Part shown: piece after piece, positions 17,293-23,577 of the stretch
Numbering within the stretch: the first letter of the stretch is position 1
How the letters are laid out: every line of letters begins with the position of its first letter
From: Bacteroidota bacterium
GTDB lineage: Bacteria; Bacteroidota; Bacteroidia; B-17B0; Aurantibacillaceae
Length of the DNA: 32,000 bases
Direction: 5' to 3'
Assembly (NCBI GenBank): GCA_003153315.1
Contig: PLYA01000027.1
Coordinates: 55,469 to 87,468 of the forward strand
Translations under genes and position numbers: made by a program
Notes under the pieces: generated by a model
The model's input: only the letters and a program-made list of their open reading frames with translations
Databases searched by the model: none
Told to the model about the DNA's origin: nothing

Positions 17293-18092
17293 TAAGGAGA
17301 TTGTTTTCTGAGGATTTTATAAAGCAAAGAAGGAAAAAACCTTTTAATGTAAACAGTAAGAATTTCCTTTCTGCCAATTAATATTTCTTGTTTATTATTT
17401 TCTATTGCATTTAAAATTTTCTTTGCACATTCTTCCGCTGTCATCGCATTTACATGACTTTCATCCATCTTAGCATGTTTACTTCCATTAGCCAACATCG
17501 CATTATTTGATATATTGGTCTTTATCTTACCCGGGCAAACCAATAATATTTGTATGTTATTCTTTTCAACTTCCAATCGCAAAGACTCAAAGTAGCCGTG
17601 TAAAGCATGCTTAGCTGCTGAATAGGAAGAGCGTAAATAAAAACCAAACTTACCCGCAATGCTGCTAACCACTGTTATATGTCCGTTTTTTTGCTTTATC
17701 ATAATAGGAAGAACAGCCTTAGCCAATGCAACTTGTGCAAAGTAGTTTATTTCAAACAAATTCCTTTCTACAGATTGGCTTGTAGCAATGGCCTCTCCAC
17801 GCTGACTCGTACCTCCATTATTTATTAAGAAATCTATTCGGTTAAATTTTTGAATGATTTGCTGAACATAATCTTCCGCTTTAGAAGTATCTGCTAAATT
17901 AAAAGGGATAATTAAATAGCTTGCTTCCGATATATTAATTTGTTTAACCAACTGTTGCAATTTTTCTTCGCTGCGGGAAGACAAAACAATTTTTGCTCTG
18001 TGCTTGGCAAGCTCAAAAACCAAAGCCTCTCCAATTCCTGAAGAGGCTCCTGTTATCCAAACAACTTTTCCTGAGAAATAGTTAAGAGACAT
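17289..18092 (-). CDS. SDR family oxidoreductase
   Basis: Motifs [10 protein letters not shown] (TGxxxGxG), NNGG, and the catalytic YSAAKHAL (YxxxK). Confidence 0.88.
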   Translation of the reverse strand: MSLNYFSGKVVWITGASSGIGEALVFELAKHRAKIVLSSRSEEKLQQLVKQINISEASYLIIPFNLADTSKAEDYVQQIIQKFNRIDFLINNGGTSQRGEAIATSQSVERNLFEINYFAQVALAKAVLPIMIKQKNGHITVVSSIAGKFGFYLRSSYSAAKHALHGYFESLRLEVEKNNIQILLVCPGKIKTNISNNAMLANGSKHAKMDESHVNAMTAEECAKKILNAIENNKQEILIGRKEILTVYIKRFFPSLLYKILRKQSPY

Positions 18093-18115
18093 ATAGGGCT
18101 AATCTCGTATAAAGA

Positions 18116-18952
18116 TTAGTCCTCAATCAGCTCTTCAATACCTTCCAGCACAGAATCATAAAACTCGTTATAAGCTTGTATATACTCTGTTTCTGATTTA
18201 TAAGGAAGTAATAACTTACCTGATTTCTTAGCGTATTTTACCAACTCAGCATTCACATTCTCACTGCCTAAAATTATTCCATCAGAGTAATCAATAGCCA
18301 GTTTAGAAATATTAATATAAGTAGGATCACTAACCTGTTTTACATCTTTAGCTGTTATGCCATCAAAAACAAGTTTAGAAGAAACCTCTTTATCAAGGCT
18401 ACCTTTAAATTCATCATGCTCATTTAATGAAAATACAATTTTAGTATCGGCAAACATTGGATTATCATTAAACGCCTTTTTTATGAATAAAGGCATAAAA
18501 CCTGTAAACCAACCCTGGCAGTGAATAATATCAGGCTGCCAGCCAAGTTTTTTAATGGTTTCCACTACGCCACGAACAAAAAATATGGCACGTTCATCAT
18601 TGTCGTCAAAAAATTTACCTTTTTCGTCTTTTAACGCAAACTTACGGCTAAAGAAATCATCATTATCTATAAAATAAACTTGCATACGTGCTGATTGGAT
18701 GGAAGCTACTTTAATAATAAGCGGGTGATCGCTATCGCTGATAATAAGGTTCATACCACTTAAACGAATTACTTCGTGCAGTGAGTGTCTACGCTCATTA
18801 ATGTTACCATACCTTGGCATAAACACACGTATTTCTTTACCTTTTTCTTGAATGGCTTGGGGTAAATGACGTGAAGTTTTGCTGATTGGAGTTTCCTCTA
18901 CATAGGGGAAGATTTCTTGTGATACGAAAAGAACTTTAGCTTTTTTCTTCAT
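18116..18952 (-). CDS. short-form glycogen/starch synthase-like protein (GT5 N-terminal domain type, common next to panC in Bacteroidota)
   Basis: VLFVSQEIFPYVEETPISKTSRHLPQAIQEKGKEIRVFMPRYG matches the starch-synthase catalytic-domain N-terminus. At 278 aa it is typical of the truncated Bacteroidota form. Confidence 0.78.
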   Translation of the reverse strand: MKKKAKVLFVSQEIFPYVEETPISKTSRHLPQAIQEKGKEIRVFMPRYGNINERRHSLHEVIRLSGMNLIISDSDHPLIIKVASIQSARMQVYFIDNDDFFSRKFALKDEKGKFFDDNDERAIFFVRGVVETIKKLGWQPDIIHCQGWFTGFMPLFIKKAFNDNPMFADTKIVFSLNEHDEFKGSLDKEVSSKLVFDGITAKDVKQVSDPTYINISKLAIDYSDGIILGSENVNAELVKYAKKSGKLLLPYKSETEYIQAYNEFYDSVLEGIEELIED

Positions 18953-18984
18953 AAATGTTTTTTAAGTTATGATGAGATGTTACA

Positions 18985-19016
18985 CAAAATTAAGAAAAAA
19001 TTTTCCAATTATCAAA
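18985..19016 (-). promoter_or_regulatory. candidate promoter for the glycogen-synthase-like/SDR operon (-33 TTTG / -7 TAATTTTG on the minus strand)
   Basis: Plus-strand caaaatta (18985-18992) reads TAATTTTG on the minus strand. caaa (19013-19016) reads TTTG, with 20 nt between. Confidence 0.4.
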
Positions 19017-19025
19017 GCCAAAGTA

Positions 19026-19033
19026 TAGATTTG
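19026..19033 (+). promoter_or_regulatory. candidate panC -7 box (TAGATTTG)
   Basis: tagatttg matches TAnnTTTG and ends 11 nt upstream of the panC ATG at 19045. Confidence 0.4.
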
Positions 19034-19044
19034 TTGCTTTTTGT

Positions 19045-19887
19045 ATGATTATTTGTAAAACTACCCAGGAAATCAGGGATTTAGAAGCTAATTTAACATT
19101 TGGAAAGAAGCTAATAGGTTTTGTTCCAACTATGGGGGCTTTACATAAAGGTCATATTTCTCTGTTAAAAGAGAGTAAAAAAAGCTGCGATATTACAATT
19201 TGTAGTGTTTTTGTAAACCCTAATCAATTTAATGATAAAGGTGATTTAGCCCGCTACCCACGTACCCCCGAAGCCGATATTAAAATGCTGGAAGAAGCTG
19301 GTTGCGATATTGTTTTTATGCCTTCGATAGAAGAGATATATCCCAAAACAGATACCCGTGTGTTTGATTTTGGCGCTATTGATAAAGTATTGGACGGAGC
19401 TTACCGCCCGGGGCATTTTAATGGGGTGGCACAGGTAGTTAGCAGGCTATTTGATATTATAAAGCCACACAAGGCCTTTTTCGGCTTAAAAGATTATCAA
19501 CAGGTACTAATTATTAAAAAAATGGTTGAGCAACTACAATTAAAGGTAGAAATTGTTGCTTGTCCTATTTTAAGAGAAGCGGATGGTTTAGCGATGAGTA
19601 GTCGTAATACTTTATTAGATGCCGAAGAAAGAAAGGCGGCTTCTTTAATTCCAAAACTGATGCAGGAGGCAAAAACACTAAGTACAACCATGTCTTTGCC
19701 CGATGTAAAAAATAAACTATTAGCTGAAATAAGTGCAAACCCTTTGCTAAAAGCCGATTACATTGAATTTTGTAATGCAGATACCTTGCAACCTATTACT
19801 GAAATTAAGCCCGGTAAAAAAGTAATTTGTCTTGCAGCAATATATTCTGGTAAAATACGCTTAATAGACAATCTGTTTATTAATTGA
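19045..19887 (+). CDS. panC: pantoate--beta-alanine ligase
   Basis: Motifs PTMGALHKGHISL (HxGH), FVNPNQF, GLKDYQQ, and MSSRN. Confidence 0.93.
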   Translation: MIICKTTQEIRDLEANLTFGKKLIGFVPTMGALHKGHISLLKESKKSCDITICSVFVNPNQFNDKGDLARYPRTPEADIKMLEEAGCDIVFMPSIEEIYPKTDTRVFDFGAIDKVLDGAYRPGHFNGVAQVVSRLFDIIKPHKAFFGLKDYQQVLIIKKMVEQLQLKVEIVACPILREADGLAMSSRNTLLDAEERKAASLIPKLMQEAKTLSTTMSLPDVKNKLLAEISANPLLKADYIEFCNADTLQPITEIKPGKKVICLAAIYSGKIRLIDNLFIN

Positions 19888-20867
19888 TTTCTTTCAAAAA
19901 AATATTAGTTATACAAACTGCTTTTATTGGCGATGCCATACTGGCAAGCGCCGCCTTAGAATCTATCCATAAACAATTCCCCAATGCAGAACTGCACATT
20001 TTAGTAAGAAAAGGAAATGAGTCTTTATATGAGCAGCACCCTTATTTAAAAAAGGTATGGGTATGGGATAAGAAAGATAACAAGATAAAGAACCTCTTTA
20101 AAACTATTTCAGGAATACGAAAAGAAAAATTTGACTGGCTTATAAACCTGCATCGCTTTGCCAGCTCAGGGCTTATTACCGTTTTATCTAAAGCAAAAGT
20201 TACCTGTGGCTTTGATAAAAACCCCTTCTCGTTTTTATTTACCTATAGGGTTAAACATAATATAGGAGATGGTTCTCATGAAGTTCAAAGAAATCATCTC
20301 TTATTAAAGAAATATGTGGATGCTGATTTTTCTAAACCAAAATTATATCCTTCTATTGCTAATTTTGAGAACGTAAGTGCTTATACAAAAAGTAGCTTTG
20401 TTTGCATGGCACCTGCATCGGTTTGGTTTACCAAGCAATTGCCCAAACATAAATGGGTTGAACTTTTCAATAAAATAAACCCCAATACAACTATTTATTT
20501 ATTGGGGGCTAAAGGAGATGAAGCTTTGTGCGAGGAAATTAAAAACGCATCAACGCATAAAAATAGTAAGGTGTTATGTGGTAAACTCTCTTTATTAGAT
20601 TCTTGTGCACTGATGTCTAAAGCAGAGATGAACTATGTAAACGATTCTGCGCCTTTGCATTTGGCATCATCGGTAAATGCAAACGTTACGGCTTATTTTT
20701 GCAGTACGGTTCCGGCCTTTGGTTTTTATCCTTTATCTGATAATTCTAAGGTGGTAGAAGCCACTCCTGCCCCGCCCTGCCGCCCCTGCGGTTTGCATGG
20801 ATATAAAGTATGCCCGCAAAAACATTTTAAATGCGGCAATGATATTGTGATAGAAGCCACAAATTAA
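19884..20867 (+). CDS. glycosyltransferase family 9 (heptosyltransferase-like)
   Basis: ILVIQTAFIGDAILASAALESI and the NDSAPLHLASS context are typical of GT9. The TTG start overlaps the panC stop (TTGA). Confidence 0.85.
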   Translation: MISFKKILVIQTAFIGDAILASAALESIHKQFPNAELHILVRKGNESLYEQHPYLKKVWVWDKKDNKIKNLFKTISGIRKEKFDWLINLHRFASSGLITVLSKAKVTCGFDKNPFSFLFTYRVKHNIGDGSHEVQRNHLLLKKYVDADFSKPKLYPSIANFENVSAYTKSSFVCMAPASVWFTKQLPKHKWVELFNKINPNTTIYLLGAKGDEALCEEIKNASTHKNSKVLCGKLSLLDSCALMSKAEMNYVNDSAPLHLASSVNANVTAYFCSTVPAFGFYPLSDNSKVVEATPAPPCRPCGLHGYKVCPQKHFKCGNDIVIEATN

Positions 20868-20868
20868 T

Positions 20869-20937
20869 GTCATTGCCAGGAGGCACGACGAAGCAATCTG
20901 TTTATTATTGAGATTGCTGCGCTTCGCTCGCAATGAC
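20869..20937. repeat. REP-like imperfect palindrome between convergent genes; probable bidirectional terminator
   Basis: The left arm is gtcattgccaggaggcacgacgaagcaatct, the loop is gtttattattg, and the right arm is agattgctgcgcttcgctcgcaatgac. The outer 8 bp (gtcattgc/gcaatgac) and inner 8 bp (agcaatct/agattgct) pair around an internal mismatch bubble. It is GC-rich relative to its flanks. Confidence 0.7.
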
Positions 20938-20944
20938 GGGCAGG

Positions 20945-21271
20945 TTATTTACCTCCCAGCAATACCAGTTCATTCATTTGTATTTCGGTAGTGTAGCGCT
21001 TAATACCTTCTTTATCAGTATTGTTGTTGTTTACCAACTTACCTTCTATGGCAACCTCGCTGCCCTTATCGGTGTATTTGGCCAGTCTTTCTGCTAAAGC
21101 ACCCCAGGCAATTACGTTGTGCCAGGTAGTATCTTTTACCCACTCGCCTTTTTTGTTTTTGTAGGTTTCATTGGTAGCGATGGATACGCGGGTCATTTGT
21201 TTGTTGCCTTCAAAGGTTTTTACTTCGGGTTTGTTACCCAGGTGTCCGATTAGTGTTACTTTGTTTCTCAT
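20945..21271 (-). CDS. ssb: single-stranded DNA-binding protein, OB-fold only (no C-terminal acidic tip)
   Basis: 108 aa. NKVTLIGHLGNKPEV...TTWHNVIAWGALAE...GSEVAIEGKL...RYTTEIQMNELVLLG is the SSB OB-fold pattern. The protein ends ...LLGGK, without a Gly-rich linker or a DDDxPF tail. Confidence 0.85.
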   Translation of the reverse strand: MRNKVTLIGHLGNKPEVKTFEGNKQMTRVSIATNETYKNKKGEWVKDTTWHNVIAWGALAERLAKYTDKGSEVAIEGKLVNNNNTDKEGIKRYTTEIQMNELVLLGGK

Positions 21272-21477
21272 GGTGTTTTTGTTTTAACTGTTTTGATTAA
21301 TTTGACGATGCAAAGTAACGGCGACCTCAAAACAATACTCGGTATTTAAGCACTTCTATACGGATAAAAACGGTTACAACTATTTGTTGTCGGGTAAAAA
21401 CAATAGCTCCTGACACTTATTATAATTCGCGTCCAAAGCTACTTTGTAATAAGTTAAATATAATAAATAATATTGTA

Positions 21478-22191
21478 ATGAATAAAACAAGGGGATTGGT
21501 ATTAAAAATTTGTATAGTAATACTTGCTGCTATTGCCGCAATACTTCCTTTAATTTGGAAGAAAGAACATATTGCAAAAACAATAATAATAGTTTTTGCT
21601 TTAATTACTATTTGCACTCTTTCATGGATAGACGCCGTAAGAGAAACAAATGAATCGGATAAAAAGGATAATAATCATGTTTTAGAATTAAGAAAGGATA
21701 GTTTAAGATATATAAAAGACAGTATTAAAAGAGAAGACCAATATTATCAACAAATAACAGCCTTACAGTATATAGCAGCAAAAAAAAGAGATAGTTTGTT
21801 GAGTATAATAAATAGCAATTATTTATATGGAAACATTATTGAAAAAAGTAAATTGTTCTTAGTGTCAGGAATGGGAAATAGAATAGTGGTAAATGGAGAT
21901 ACTTATTTAAAAGAAAGGCGTTTAACTCAAAAAGAAAAAGAGGAAATATATTCTAAATTAACGATGTTAAAGGTTTTTTATCCTGATGTGAAATTTTATC
22001 AGATAAACACAATAATTAATAACAGATTAGTTCAAGATATTAAAGTATTTATGAATCAAAATGGATACGAATCTGCAACATCAGACGGCGGAATGATGGC
22101 AGGTAATTTTCAGTTCAAAGGAATTAAAGTAGGCTACGATAATTTTATGAAATGTATTTCTATATCTATAGGGGCTATAGAAGAAGAGTAA
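21478..22191 (+). CDS. hypothetical membrane protein (two N-terminal TM helices, charged coiled-coil-like middle, unknown C-terminal domain)
   Basis: A 237-codon ORF in extremely AT-rich DNA, where stop codons are frequent, argues for real coding. TM helices: LVLKICIVILAAIAAILPLIW and TIIIVFALITICTLSWI. I recognise no family. Confidence 0.6.
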   Translation: MNKTRGLVLKICIVILAAIAAILPLIWKKEHIAKTIIIVFALITICTLSWIDAVRETNESDKKDNNHVLELRKDSLRYIKDSIKREDQYYQQITALQYIAAKKRDSLLSIINSNYLYGNIIEKSKLFLVSGMGNRIVVNGDTYLKERRLTQKEKEEIYSKLTMLKVFYPDVKFYQINTIINNRLVQDIKVFMNQNGYESATSDGGMMAGNFQFKGIKVGYDNFMKCISISIGAIEEE

Positions 22192-22252
22192 TTATTTTTT
22201 AAGAATAGAAACCCTTAGTTAAAAAACAAAAAGCCCTTCACTTTTTACTTTT

Positions 22253-22283
22253 AGCTTAACCTAAGCTGCCTTTACGTTAAGCT
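22253..22283. terminator. palindromic hairpin (agcttaac-N15-gttaagct) at the outer edge of the 21-bp array
   Basis: I read the 8-bp stem directly. An alternative inner hairpin is agctta-acc-taagct. A T-rich stretch follows on the minus strand (ctttttgtttttt), so it may terminate the 22585..23301 transcript after the array. Confidence 0.3.
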
Positions 22284-22293
22284 GGGTTGTTTA

Positions 22294-22587
22294 TTCGGAA
22301 TGAGTTATTGGTTATTCGCTAAGACTCATTAATCATTCGGAATAACACATTACCTATTCGTTATGACTGATTAATCATTCAGAATGAGATATTAGTCATT
22401 CAGAATAAGTTATTGATTATTCGTAATGACACATTAGTTAAACGGAATGACTTATTGATTATTCGGAATAATACATCAATCATTCGTTAAGACTCATTAG
22501 TTATTCGCTACAACACATTAATCATTCCGAATAAAACATTGGTTATTCGGAATGATTAGTTACTTATTCGTTAAGAACAACTGTTTA
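22294..22587. repeat. array of 14 contiguous, exactly phased 21-bp direct repeats, consensus TTCGGAATGACnCATTAATTA
   Basis: The units start at 22294 + 21n with no indel. U1-U7: ttcggaatgagttattggtta, ttcgctaagactcattaatca, ttcggaataacacattaccta, ttcgttatgactgattaatca, ttcagaatgagatattagtca, ttcagaataagttattgatta, ttcgtaatgacacattagtta. U8-U14: aacggaatgacttattgatta, ttcggaataatacatcaatca, ttcgttaagactcattagtta, ttcgctacaacacattaatca, ttccgaataaaacattggtta, ttcggaatgattagttactta, ttcgttaagaacaactgttta. The last unit contains the stop codon of the minus-strand ORF. Confidence 0.95.
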
Positions 22588-23301
22588 TAGGGGGCTTGGG
22601 TTATTGCCTGTGCTGGTAGATGCGGGTATAACCTCAGAGATAGAGCTGCTCCAATGATAATCGGCGGCGTTTGCATCTACCGTTGGATATATACCTTTGC
22701 CCACAGGGGGAGTAAAATCATATTGAAAATATACCCTTACATCATGCGGCAGGTTAATAATAGTAACCGTACTTTTATGAGTAGATTTTACCTGATGCCA
22801 GGTAACCTGGTCGGTGCTCCACCTAAAATGGTGTACCGAGCCTGCACCCGAAGCAGGAGTTTCTATGGTGGCAGAACCTCCGGAAACGCTTAGTACCCTA
22901 AAAATATGTTTATGATTGGTTCCGTGGCCAACGGGTGCCAAGCCAAAACGGGCAAAAACAGTGGTAATTTGGGCAATATTGCCCGGAAACTTTTGGTTGC
23001 AAACACTGTCAATATAATTTACCAATATATCGGTATTATGCAACAGGGTGCTTCCTTTGCTAAGTTCATCAGAAGTTAGCGTGGCCGACCTTGCCGTTTG
23101 CCTTGCCACCACATCGGTATTCAAATCGCCAATATTGGTGGTATATATAGGAATAGTGAGCGGCGCGGGTATGCCGCTGGCAGGCACATCGGGGTCTATA
23201 GCCAACTGATTTTTTAAAGCAGTGGCAAATGGCACTAATTCTTCAGATGTTTTGTTGTGGTAATCCTTTGCGGCTTTTACCCAGGTTATTGAGTTTTTCA
23301 T
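22585..23301 (-). CDS. hypothetical protein; helical N-terminal half, possible Fn3/Ig-like beta-sandwich C-terminal half; no signal peptide
   Basis: A 238-aa ORF with an ATG start, GC-richer than its neighbours (30 G+C in the 60 nt at 22621-22680). The C-terminal HHFRWSTDQVTWHQVKSTHKSTVTIINLPHDVRVYFQY looks like a fibronectin-III-type strand pattern, but this is pattern recognition only. I recognise no family. Confidence 0.62.
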   Translation of the reverse strand: MKNSITWVKAAKDYHNKTSEELVPFATALKNQLAIDPDVPASGIPAPLTIPIYTTNIGDLNTDVVARQTARSATLTSDELSKGSTLLHNTDILVNYIDSVCNQKFPGNIAQITTVFARFGLAPVGHGTNHKHIFRVLSVSGGSATIETPASGAGSVHHFRWSTDQVTWHQVKSTHKSTVTIINLPHDVRVYFQYDFTPPVGKGIYPTVDANAADYHWSSSISEVIPASTSTGNNPSPL

Positions 23302-23367
23302 TTTGTTTGCCCTTTTGGGGTCTTTGTTTTTTTGAATTGATAATAGAACCTTAGAGTCTGAGTTACG

Positions 23368-23436
23368 GTTGTCTGGAACAGAGAGGCGGTTGTCTATTTC
23401 TTAGGAGCTGTTGTCTATCGCAGAGATAAGTTGTCT
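23368..23436. promoter_or_regulatory. four direct GTTGTCT motifs spaced 21, 21 and 20 bp apart, upstream of the 22585..23301 ORF
   Basis: gttgtct occurs at 23368-23374, 23389-23395, 23410-23416 and 23430-23436, in the contexts cGGTTGTCTGGA, cGGTTGTCTATT, cTGTTGTCTATC and aAGTTGTCTGGG. The nearest copy is 67 nt upstream of the ATG at 23301. I found no canonical TAnnTTTG box for this gene. Confidence 0.55.
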
Positions 23437-23448
23437 GGGACTTTAGCT

Positions 23449-23474
23449 AACACCTGTAGCGCTTTGCAGGTGTT
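23449..23474 (+). other. 8-bp hairpin aacacctg-tagcgctttg-caggtgtt followed by ttat, between divergent genes
   Basis: I read the stem directly, and the loop contains the palindrome agcgct. On the plus strand it resembles an intrinsic terminator, but no annotated plus-strand gene ends here. Confidence 0.4.
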
Positions 23475-23577
23475 TTATATGCGTAAAACGAGGGGTGTTT
23501 TAAATTATTGTATGACGATGAAAATATTTTTTTCGTTATTAACTTTTATCCTTATTTTAGAGCTAAAATAAAACTGT

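Noticed and set aside
20733-20933. 66-aa minus-strand ORF spanning the GT9 3' end and the REP-like palindrome
   Set aside because: It overlaps a well-supported gene on the opposite strand, and its N-terminal part is just the translated palindrome (IASSCLLAMT).
22294-22587. CRISPR array interpretation of the 21-bp repeats
   Set aside because: The units are contiguous with no spacers, are degenerate rather than near-identical, and are only 21 bp long. The window contains no cas genes.
21272-23577. Calling the odd region a mobile element (ICE, prophage or transposon)
   Set aside because: The window holds no integrase, transposase, relaxase or phage structural genes. I saw no flanking direct repeats and no tRNA target. 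Only compositional mosaicism and orphan genes support foreign origin.
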